Positions 38,980-47,838 of a stretch of DNA of 64,000 nucleotides are shown here, piece after piece (position 1 is the stretch's first letter; each line of letters begins with the position of its first letter). The DNA is from a virus. Taxonomy: Duplodnaviria; Caudoviricetes. The notes beneath the pieces are model-generated. The model had not been told where the DNA came from. It ran no database searches and saw only the letters and a program-made list of their open reading frames with translations. The position numbers and the translations under genes were made by a program. The stretch is taken from the IMG/VR virus record IMGVR_UViG_3300024270_000002. The stretch is one strand, 5' to 3'.

Positions 38980-39543
38980 ATGAAAGTATTGCTTGTAGTT
39001 GACGTTCAGAATGATTTTGTAACTGGAGCTTTGGCAAATCCTGATGCACAGGCCAAGATTCCTGCCATTAGGGAAAGGATTCAGCAGCGAATTAATGAGG
39101 GCTGGCAGGTAATGTTTACACAGGATACACATTATAACAGCTATAGTGCTTCTATGGAAGGTAAGTATTTGCCAGTGCCTCACTGTATTGATGGAACTTG
39201 GGGTTGGCAAATAGTAGATGAGGTCAAGGAGTTTGAAGCTTCTCAACTTCATATGCCAATTTGTAAGCTTAGATTTGGTGATGATTACCTATTTGAAAAG
39301 ATTATTAGCCGTTTATTTCCAAATTGGCGAAGCATAAATAATTACTTTATTGAAGAAATTGAGCTTATTGGTTTCTGTACTGATATTTGTGTAGTTTCTA
39401 ATGCTTTGATTTTGAAGGCATCTGTTGATAATAATACTGTTATTAGCTGTGATGCTTCTTGCTGTGCTGGTACATCTATTGAAGCACATGAGGCAGCTAT
39501 TAAAGTAATGCAGTCTTGTCAGGTAGAGGTAAGAAATGCATAA
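38980..39543 (+). CDS. pncA: Nicotinamidase (isochorismatase family)
   Basis: VVDVQNDF, TQDTH, PHC..GT.G, GFCTDICV. Confidence 0.9.
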   Translation: MKVLLVVDVQNDFVTGALANPDAQAKIPAIRERIQQRINEGWQVMFTQDTHYNSYSASMEGKYLPVPHCIDGTWGWQIVDEVKEFEASQLHMPICKLRFGDDYLFEKIISRLFPNWRSINNYFIEEIELIGFCTDICVVSNALILKASVDNNTVISCDASCCAGTSIEAHEAAIKVMQSCQVEVRNA

Positions 39544-39578
39544 TCTTTTTGACCATTGGAAAAGACGAGGTGAAGTAA

Positions 39579-40333
39579 ATGGTGAAATGTGATTGTTGGG
39601 TGGAAAATGGGCCGTATTGTAATGGCACAAAAGAGCAAGATATTTGTTTTTGTAATGGCGATCGTAGAAAATGTGATTTTTATGAGGATGTGCGTGAAAA
39701 AGCAGTTTTAGCTGCAGCACAGAAATATAATGAAACTCCTACAAGAACTTTTATTCCTTTTCAATGGTATTCTATGGACTCTGCGCCAAGAGGTTTTGAC
39801 TGTGAGCATCCTGACGTGTTAGTTTGCTATTTGGATAGAGGTATTCCAAAATACAAAACCTTTAAATTTTTAGACCGGTTTAATATGGAAAGCACCTTTA
39901 TCGCTAAGCACGCAGTTGCTTGGTGCTATATTGAGCAGCCAAAAAATTTAATGACAAAAGAAGAGGCTATCAAAAATCTTCAGAATGCCGGTATTTTTGA
40001 CGAGGCAGGCAACCTTAAGCCGATTTATGAGAGTATTTTAGTAAAGGTAGAGGATCTATGAGAAAGAAATATCATCTATTTAATAAAGGCTTTGAGGCAA
40101 TGAAAGATAATATCTGTGATACTTCTTGTGGACTTTATCCAGCGCCTATGGAAGCACAGGAAGCTTTAGATATTTTGACCAGCTACCTGCTTGGTGATGA
40201 TTGGTATGTAGTTGACTCTATGAATACCAAGCAAGTCAATGCTATTATCACAGAACAGATTCTCGATAAATATTCTAAAAAATGGAAAAAAGATTGGAAA
40301 AATTATGAAAATTCCAATAAATGTGTTGTATAA
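39579..40333 (+). other. Two hypothetical genes (39579..40061, 40058..40333)
   Basis: ORF track. Confidence 0.65.
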
Positions 40334-40337
40334 TATA

Positions 40338-40438
40338 ATATCAGGTGCCACGAAGCAGATATGCAAGAAACGCTTTGAGAATGCGTCACGGTCTGATAAA
40401 GCAGCTGTGGTTATGGAGTTAGATGAACAGCCTGATAT
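40338..40438 (+). ncRNA. Unidentified structured RNA motif, copy A
   Basis: AGGTGCCACGAAG...AGCTGTGGT.ATGGA...GATGAACAGCCT; atatcagg/cctgatat. Confidence 0.6.
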
Positions 40439-40723
40439 ATTGTTGGAGTAGCTAACCAACTTTTTAAGCTGAGTTGAATGACTGACGTTGGGACGTTCCC
40501 CGTTCACCTTCGCTTGGGTGCTCAGCAACAAGCATTTTATGAATTATCTGGGCAGTAGAGCGAGCGTAGTCGCATTGGACGTAAGGTCCTGACCTGAGCA
40601 CGGGTCCCTGGAAAGTGCAGTAATAAGCGAGTATGCCAAATAGAGTTGACCGTCAGAGAGCAGTCGGAATCGAGAGCCGATGAGTTGCCAGGAGTTGCTA
40701 ACCTCGCCTCGCTTTATGTTTAA

Positions 40724-40913
40724 TTGTAGGTGCCACGAAGGATCCTTAAGCCGTTAGCTTTATATATTGCCACGACGATGAAGTGGAGCGCAACAATATA
40801 TAAATGAATCGGGGTGGTCAAAGCTCAAGTAACACCTTTAAATTTGGGGGTTGAACACTGGGCCGGGATTGTCAAAATAGCTGTGGTAATGGAATGTGAT
40901 GAACAGCCTACAA
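40724..40913 (+). ncRNA. Unidentified structured RNA motif, copy B
   Basis: Same core with larger insert; ttgtagg/cctacaa. Confidence 0.6.
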
Positions 40914-41125
40914 AATCTTTTATTTGAGGAAGGAGACCTTATTTATGTACTTCGTTATTTGTGAGGACACTCCACCTGTTAATGTAAAACGCTGACTAAG
41001 ACGTTAGTTAGTGTCTGTGGGCGCAGGTTCGGCATCGCCGAGGAAAACGAGACATACTGCGAATTGAGGTTAGGTGGGAGGCCTCTTTAATAGGGGCGCT
41101 GAGGTAAAGGCGCCCTTTCTTATAT

Positions 41126-41272
41126 CCACGATTGGCGGAACAGGCAACACAAATGTAAGTCCTGACTAAAGGCAGAATTAACGGTAAGTCCTTTTGGTGT
41201 AGACGCACCGCGGAGTAGCGGCGATACGCTGACGAGTGTATCATCTGGGTTCGAATCCTGGGTTGTGGGCCA
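41126..41272 (+). ncRNA. tRNA-like RNA with multi-hairpin insert
   Basis: ccacgat/gttgtgg gcca; T-arm ctggg ttcgaat cctgg. Confidence 0.55.
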
Positions 41273-41294
41273 ATTTTATTTTTAGGAGACTAAT

Positions 41295-41846
41295 ATGGTC
41301 ATCGGAATCGACTTTGACGGAACAATTAACAGAATGCTTGAAACTTGGCTCGAGTGGCTGAATAAGAAACATAATAAGTATGTTTTATTCAATGACGTAA
41401 AAGACTGGGAGCTCGCTAAATATTATCCGACTCTCACTAAGGCAGAGCTTTTTGAGCCGCTTAACACACCTGAATTTTGGGATGAGGTTAAGATTTATGA
41501 AGATGCTCCAGAAGTAATCGAAAGGCTTATTCACGAGGGTGACCAAATTTATATAGTCACAAGCACTCACTATAAATTTGTAGCAGAAAAGCTTAAAAGA
41601 TGTCTTTTTACTCATCTTCCGTTCCTGACAAAAGAGAACGTTATCATTACATATAATAAATCGCTTATTAGATGTGATCTTCTGTTAGATGATGCAGAAC
41701 ATAATTTAGTAAATTTTCAAGGTATTAAAGTAGTCTTTGACGCACCGTATAATAAAAATACTTCTGTAGCAGACTTTAGGGTAACTTCTTGGAAAGATTT
41801 TTATGAGCTTATTTCAGAATTAAAAATTGCTACTAATATTGTATAA
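41295..41846 (+). CDS. 5'(3')-deoxyribonucleotidase (NT5C, HAD)
   Basis: IDFDGTI...K.LI..DLLLDD...F.APYN. Confidence 0.85.
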   Translation: MVIGIDFDGTINRMLETWLEWLNKKHNKYVLFNDVKDWELAKYYPTLTKAELFEPLNTPEFWDEVKIYEDAPEVIERLIHEGDQIYIVTSTHYKFVAEKLKRCLFTHLPFLTKENVIITYNKSLIRCDLLLDDAEHNLVNFQGIKVVFDAPYNKNTSVADFRVTSWKDFYELISELKIATNIV

Positions 41847-41878
41847 TATATTAAAAATAAAGGAGTTATAAATAAAAT

Positions 41879-42307
41879 ATGAGAACTAAGAAGTATTGGG
41901 AAGCGCAAGCTGATCAAAGATATAAAGAAAAACAGGAATTGGAAAACAAACTTAGCGCAGCTGAAAAATCACTCAGATTCTTGCTTGCTGATCCTAATCC
42001 TTATCGAGTAAAGCTAACGCCAGTTTCAGATATTTTTGCTTTAGGATCTTTTAAAACTAAAACTCGTTTTGAATATGTAGACGAAAAAGGTACATATCAT
42101 AATCATATTCGTAATATCAGTCCTGGAGATATAGAAGTTTTAAGCACTAACAAAGAAACTGCTGTTCTTAAATATGAAACTACTAAAGGACACTATACAT
42201 ATTGGATTTTTAATAAAGCTCTTGAAACAGTCACTGAGATTTCAGTAGAACTTTTATCTGATCTGTGTGATTCTGAAGTTAGGAGGTTACTGAAAAATGT
42301 CAAATAA
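41879..42307 (+). CDS. Hypothetical protein
   Basis: ORF track; aaggag SD. Confidence 0.7.
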   Translation: MRTKKYWEAQADQRYKEKQELENKLSAAEKSLRFLLADPNPYRVKLTPVSDIFALGSFKTKTRFEYVDEKGTYHNHIRNISPGDIEVLSTNKETAVLKYETTKGHYTYWIFNKALETVTEISVELLSDLCDSEVRRLLKNVK

Positions 42308-42536
42308 GTATTCAAATACTACTTCTAGTGGTGGAGTCGGGTTTTGCACTGTTTTGTTTTTAATTTTTTTAGTCCTTAAACTTTGTGGTGTAATCACCTG
42401 GTCTTGGTGGTGGGTCACTGCACCGCTCTAGATTCCTTTTGCAATTGTTATAGCTATTTGCGCGGTAGTTTTTATTGTGGGCGTTTTTATCGGAATTGCT
42501 CGAGCTATCTGTAAAGCTAACAAAAGACGAGATTAA
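42297..42536 (+). pseudogene. Small membrane protein gene with in-frame TAG (42429-42431)
   Basis: ...LKLCGVITWSWWWVTAPL*IPFAIV...; this phage family normally reads PLWIP. Confidence 0.7.
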
Positions 42537-42627
42537 TAAATTTTATTAAAAGTTATTAAAAATTATTAGCTAAATTAAATGTAAGTGAAAAACTTAATAT
42601 TTAATTTGTAGGGAGTCAATAATTTTT

Positions 42628-42765
42628 ATGAAACAAACAATTAGTTTTCAATTAGACAAAGAATTGGTAGAGAGGCTTAAGCAGGAAGCAGATTCAAAAT
42701 ACTTATCCACATCAGCATTACTTAGACTTATTCTACTTGAACATTTTTCGCTGGGTGGTAAGTAA
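42628..42765 (+). CDS. Ribbon-helix-helix (CopG-like) protein
   Basis: MKQTISFQLDKELVERLKQEADSKYLSTSALLRLILLEHF; not in ORF track. Confidence 0.7.
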   Translation: MKQTISFQLDKELVERLKQEADSKYLSTSALLRLILLEHFSLGGK

Positions 42766-42767
42766 CT

Positions 42768-43496
42768 ATGATAGCTTCTTATATTTCTGAAGCTGTACTA
42801 ACATCCGCAGCCGATAAAGCAAGTGCAGATCAATATTTGACCATTATACACAATGCACTCACAGCTAATCGTAAACGCTATAATAAGTCGGATAGCCGTT
42901 ATGTTTATTATGAGCAACATCATATATTACCAAAAAGTCTGTACCCTGAGCATCAAAAAGACAAAACAAATTTAGTTTTACTTTTAGCAGAAGAACATTT
43001 TGCTGTACACCAACTTCTAACAAAAGTGTGGCCAGGTCAGGAAATGGCTTATGCTTTTTGGAGAATGTGTTATTGTAATGGTGCCAAGTTAACTATAACG
43101 GCTGAAGACTACGCTTATGGTAGACAACTTATGCAACAATACCCTGCTTTCAAAGGTAGACACTTTACTGACGAATCTAAAGCACTACTTAGCCAACGTT
43201 CTCGTGAATTTTGGCAGCGTGGCGGTTATACTCACTCTAAAGAACAAGATTTAAAAATGGTTGCTACACGAAAAGCAGATGGTTCATATAATCGTACTCC
43301 TGAACAAAATACTAAGTTAGCCACAACTATGAAAGGCAGTATTTTTATCAACAACGGTATCCAAAACAAACGAGTTTACGAGTGGGAATTAGATAAATAT
43401 TTGGCACTTGGTTGGCTAAGAGGAAAACTCCCATTATCTGCAGAACACAAACGTCATATTGGAGAGGCTTCACGTAATCGTAAAAGAGTTAAATAA
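42768..43496 (+). CDS. HNH homing endonuclease with NUMOD-type DNA-binding tail
   Basis: EQHHILPKS...NLVLL.AEEH..VH.LL; FINNG..NKR...GW.RG. Confidence 0.85.
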   Translation: MIASYISEAVLTSAADKASADQYLTIIHNALTANRKRYNKSDSRYVYYEQHHILPKSLYPEHQKDKTNLVLLLAEEHFAVHQLLTKVWPGQEMAYAFWRMCYCNGAKLTITAEDYAYGRQLMQQYPAFKGRHFTDESKALLSQRSREFWQRGGYTHSKEQDLKMVATRKADGSYNRTPEQNTKLATTMKGSIFINNGIQNKRVYEWELDKYLALGWLRGKLPLSAEHKRHIGEASRNRKRVK

Positions 43497-43523
43497 AATT
43501 AAATAATGAAAGGCAATTATATT

Positions 43524-44315
43524 ATGGCAAATAAAAAAGATTCGCTCGGCGATAGAATGAAAGATAATTATGAAAATAGAGCTAAGACTTATCTTACCAG
43601 AAGGCTTCCTGTGGTGATCCGAATCGACGGCAAATGTTTTCATTCATTTTGTAAGAACTTTCAGAAACCTTATGACGAGGTTTTTCATAAGGCAATGAAC
43701 TCTACCTTGCAGTATCTTTGTAAAAACATTCAGGGATGTAAGTTCGGATACACCCAGAGCGACGAAATTTCGCTTCTGTTGACTGATTACGATACACTGA
43801 CTACAGATGCCTTTTTTGATTACAACGTGCAAAAGATCTGCTCTATTGCGGCTTCTATGGCTACTCTGCACTTTAATAAGGCTTTCAGAACTTATGTTAA
43901 TGAATATACTGCTGGTAAAACTCTTGATAGCTATTCTATTGAGTTACTAAAGGCCAAGGATAAGGGAGCAATGTTTGACGCTCGCTGCTTCAGCATTCCT
44001 GCATCGGAAACGTGTAACGTATTTATTTGGAGGCAGCAAGATGCGACTCGAAATGCTGTTCAGATGCTCGGGCAGACGTACTTTAGTCACAAGGAACTCC
44101 ATAAGAAGTCTACTTCAGATATCCAGGAAATGTTGTGGCAAAAGGGTATTAATTTCAATGATATGCCTATTGAGTTTAAGCGTGGTGTTTGCTGTTTTAA
44201 GAGAGCTATTGAGGTAAGAGGCGCAGCACGAACTGAGTGGTATATTGATAAAGAATGTCCTATTTTTACACAGGATAGAAATTATATTGAAAGATTTCTT
44301 CCCAAGGAGAACTAA
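43524..44315 (+). CDS. thg1: Thg1-like 3'-5' polymerase (tRNA-His guanylyltransferase family)
   Basis: RIDGKCFH, GYTQSDEIS, FDARCF, WRQQDATRN. Confidence 0.93.
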   Translation: MANKKDSLGDRMKDNYENRAKTYLTRRLPVVIRIDGKCFHSFCKNFQKPYDEVFHKAMNSTLQYLCKNIQGCKFGYTQSDEISLLLTDYDTLTTDAFFDYNVQKICSIAASMATLHFNKAFRTYVNEYTAGKTLDSYSIELLKAKDKGAMFDARCFSIPASETCNVFIWRQQDATRNAVQMLGQTYFSHKELHKKSTSDIQEMLWQKGINFNDMPIEFKRGVCCFKRAIEVRGAARTEWYIDKECPIFTQDRNYIERFLPKEN

Positions 44316-44873
44316 ATGACAAACAGAGAAAAATTTATTCAACTTTGTGCTAAGATTGATAGGCCTGGAAAAGCAGAACTTTTTGAATGGCTAGAGAGTA
44401 GTGATTTTTTCAGTGCTCCGGCAAGCGCAAAGTATCACGGCTCCTATGAAGGTGGACTTGTTGAGCACTGCCTTAACGTATATGAAGCTCTATTTAAGCT
44501 TCTAACTATTTATCCTGAGATCGAAGTTTCAGCTGAGAGCGCTTTGATTGTGTCACTTTTCCATGACCTCTGTAAAGTAAATATGTATGAGAAAGAAACT
44601 CGTTATCGTAAAGATGAGAACGGCAAGTGGGAACCCTATGAAGCTTATACTCACAATGAGAAACTTCATTATGGCGGACATGGAAGTAAGTCAGTATTTA
44701 TTCTTCAGAACTTTATTAAGCTAACACCTGAGGAAGCTGTTGCTATAAATTGCCATATGAGCTCTTGGGAAGACAATCCTAACGTAGGTGCCGCTTTTGA
44801 GCACTGTCCTTTGGCTTGGTTACTTCATGTTGCTGACGAGAGTGCTACTTTTATTACGGAGGCTAGAAAGTAA
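44316..44873 (+). CDS. HD-domain phosphohydrolase
   Basis: APAS..YH...GGLVEH...HDLCK...GHG. Confidence 0.85.
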   Translation: MTNREKFIQLCAKIDRPGKAELFEWLESSDFFSAPASAKYHGSYEGGLVEHCLNVYEALFKLLTIYPEIEVSAESALIVSLFHDLCKVNMYEKETRYRKDENGKWEPYEAYTHNEKLHYGGHGSKSVFILQNFIKLTPEEAVAINCHMSSWEDNPNVGAAFEHCPLAWLLHVADESATFITEARK

Positions 44874-44875
44874 AT

Positions 44876-45646
44876 ATGAAGTTATTTTGTGTTTCAGATA
44901 TACATAGCTTTTATACACCGTTTAAAAAAGCTTTAGACGACGCTGGTTTTGAAAAAGATAATCCAACTCACTACCTTGTCAGCTGCGGGGATGTGCTAGA
45001 CCGTGGTAGCGAAAGCGAGGAAGTGCTCCATTTCCTGATGTCACTTGAAAGAAAGATCCTTGTAAAGGGTAATCACGATCTTCTTCTTGAAGAATGTTGC
45101 ATGAGAGAATTTCCGTATAGCTATGATGTATCGAACGGGACTGTAAAAACGATCAATGACATCGGCGGCGCTGGAGAAGGTTATCCTTTTGATAAGTGCT
45201 GTGAAAATACTTGGAATAGGACCGCCGCGTATCGAGCTTCACTTGTAAATTATTTTGAGACTGAAAATTATATTTTTGTTCATTCGTGGGTGCCTCTTAA
45301 ATGCTTAGACGACATGCCCAAGCATTATACTAAGAATAGACAGTTTGAATATGACCCTGAATGGCGTACTGCAGACAGAGATTCTTGGGAGCAAGCTATG
45401 TGGGGTAATCCTTTCGAACTTGCTGAGCGGGGACTTAATCATACAGGCAAAACTATAGTATTCGGACACTTCCATACGAGTTGGCCAAGAGCTAAATATG
45501 AGGGGAAGCCCGAGTTTGACGAGGGTGCGGATTTTTCATCGTATTACGGTGATGGTTATATTGCACTAGATGCTTGCACTGTCCATACCGGAAAAGTTAA
45601 TGTTTTAGTTATTGAAGATAATTTTTTAAATAAGGAAGGTATTTAA
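44876..45646 (+). CDS. Calcineurin-like metallophosphoesterase
   Basis: SDIH, GDVLDRG, KGNHD, FGHFH. Confidence 0.9.
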   Translation: MKLFCVSDIHSFYTPFKKALDDAGFEKDNPTHYLVSCGDVLDRGSESEEVLHFLMSLERKILVKGNHDLLLEECCMREFPYSYDVSNGTVKTINDIGGAGEGYPFDKCCENTWNRTAAYRASLVNYFETENYIFVHSWVPLKCLDDMPKHYTKNRQFEYDPEWRTADRDSWEQAMWGNPFELAERGLNHTGKTIVFGHFHTSWPRAKYEGKPEFDEGADFSSYYGDGYIALDACTVHTGKVNVLVIEDNFLNKEGI

Positions 45647-45648
45647 TT

Positions 45649-46136
45649 ATGTTTATTATTAGCGGTGAAAGAGGAACTGGAAAGACGAAAGCTCTGCTTG
45701 AAAGAGCAAAAGCGGAAGGCGGTATTGTAGTGTGTAGGGATCCTGAGAAGATGAGAGAGCGTGCACATAGATACGGTATTGTAGGACTTGATATTGTAGG
45801 TTATAACGACATTTATACTGTTGACTCTTATATCGCAAGTAAGCCTGTATATATTCACGATATTAATAAGTTTATTGAGTATAATATACCAGAGGCCAAG
45901 GGCTATACCTTGAGTATTGACTAATGGATAAGAAATTTATTTATGGTGCTCGCGATATTTCGACAGGTAAGCTTGTTAATGACATAACAAATCCCGGTCG
46001 AAAGTTTTGGGAAATGAAAGGTAATTGTATGAACGCTATTAACGCATATAATAACCGAACTTCTTATTCAAGACGTTGGCATAAGCACGGCCCGCTTGAG
46101 CTCGTTGTTTTTGAACTTGTTGAAGTTAAGGAGTAA
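45649..46136 (+). other. Two small genes (truncated P-loop protein 45649..45924; hypothetical 45924..46136)
   Basis: GERGTGKT Walker A. Confidence 0.6.
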
Positions 46137-46141
46137 GAAAA

Positions 46142-46348
46142 ATGACAGTAATTTATTATGGCGCAGATTATCCTAGCGACCACCTTCTTAAGCTTACAAA
46201 AGTAATTAAAAAGCAGCTCGGTGATGATGTTTTGTTTGTACCTAAAGACTTTTAAGTAATGCTTGACTGCTCGTTAGAACAACTAGAGTCAGTTAAGACG
46301 ACTATTGAAGAGGCTATTGAAAAGATAAAGCAAAAAGAAAATAAGTAA
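46142..46348 (+). pseudogene. Small gene with in-frame TAA (46253-46255)
   Basis: aaggag SD; frame continues for 30 codons after the stop. Confidence 0.5.
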
Positions 46349-46760
46349 AGGCAAAAGAAAGTTGGTTTATAATGACTAACTTTCTTTTTATCTTATTGTA
46401 TAATATTATAACTAAAAATATATCTAAAGGAGCTTTATTATGAGTAGACCTGAAAAAATGTTTAAGATACTTTATGCAGCAGATGAAATTTGTCCAGCGT
46501 GTGGCACATATTCTGCTGATGGAAATGTCTGTAATGCATGTCAAGAAGCGTTTAATGTTTTTGAACCACATAAGTTTTACTCAGAAGATGGTGATGTATT
46601 ACAGATGAATTAATGAGACTTGCTATTAAACATGTTTAAAATGTTGTAAATTAATTATAAAGTTAAAGCTGTATATTGATTTATATGGTTTTAACTTTAT
46701 ATTTTTAATAAATCTATTTGCTAAATTATTTGATAAAAAGTTATGTTAGGAGGTCTTGCT

Positions 46761-47414
46761 TTGATTACTAAAGCGATTATACAGTCAATAAATCCAGCTG
46801 GCAATCGTTGTAAAGTAAGAATGCCGCTATTTGAAACAGCTGCAAACCATAATCCAATAGTTGCTGAAGCACTCGTAAACATACCACCAGGCATGTTTAA
46901 CAGTTTTGCCGTAGGTGACGTAGTATTTGTAGCATTTGAAGAAAACGCTTTAGAAAAACCAATAATACTTGGTAAGCTATTTAGGGGTGCTGAAATAGAG
47001 GGAAATATTCGCGGTGGAGGCGGAGTGCTAGATACATTGAAAGTGCGATCTGCTGCTGCAATACCATCGTCGACGCTTTTCGTATTTCCAACTGCAACTC
47101 AACAAAACTATAAAGAATTTAATACACCAAAAAAGCAAGCTGACTATATAAAATGGCTAGAAAAACTTACTAAAAAATTGTTTAAACAGTCAGAAGAACA
47201 CTTTAAATGTTTTAAAAACTGGGTGCAGTGGCAGCTCCGCCCTGAGAATGTTGAAATAGACGACGGTGATTTGGACTTGGATGTTGCTGTGACTGAGCCT
47301 TTTAAGTACCAAGAAGAGGGTGACGCGTGTCAAATTTGCGGACGAGACTGTCCTAAAAATAAAAAACGTACTTATGCAGAGCTACCTATTAATAAAAATT
47401 ATCCAGATACTTAA
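46761..47414 (+). CDS. Baseplate spike/hub OB-fold protein
   Basis: RCKVRMP...VGDVVFVAFE....KPIILG. Confidence 0.65.
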   Translation: MITKAIIQSINPAGNRCKVRMPLFETAANHNPIVAEALVNIPPGMFNSFAVGDVVFVAFEENALEKPIILGKLFRGAEIEGNIRGGGGVLDTLKVRSAAAIPSSTLFVFPTATQQNYKEFNTPKKQADYIKWLEKLTKKLFKQSEEHFKCFKNWVQWQLRPENVEIDDGDLDLDVAVTEPFKYQEEGDACQICGRDCPKNKKRTYAELPINKNYPDT

Positions 47415-47429
47415 GTTAGGAGGTATTTG

Positions 47430-47822
47430 ATGCGTTCATTTAAATTTCCGAAAATGTTTAAATCAAATAGTTCTCAAATTTGGCGTGAAGATGAGTATGG
47501 TAAGGCTACTAAGCAAAATAGTTTATTGCTGTTGCAATCTGAGCGTGGTGAATTTGAATGTGACCCATATTTCGGTATATTATTAAAACACTATATGTTT
47601 AATCAAAATAGTTATATACTTAAAGATATGCTAATTGATACTATATATACTCAGATAGCAATTTTTTTGCCACAAATCAAGATATCTAGAAATTCAATCG
47701 ATATAGTCTCCGATAATATAAAAGGTAGACTTTATTGCCGTTTTTCAGGAATTAACCAGATTGATTATACACACAATACTTTTAATTTATTACTATTTGA
47801 CGAAACTCGCCAGATTTCATAA
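47430..47822 (+). CDS. gp25-like baseplate wedge subunit
   Basis: LLL..ERGE...DPYFG..L. Confidence 0.8.
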   Translation: MRSFKFPKMFKSNSSQIWREDEYGKATKQNSLLLLQSERGEFECDPYFGILLKHYMFNQNSYILKDMLIDTIYTQIAIFLPQIKISRNSIDIVSDNIKGRLYCRFSGINQIDYTHNTFNLLLFDETRQIS

Positions 47823-47838
47823 GAAAGGAAGTCTATAA

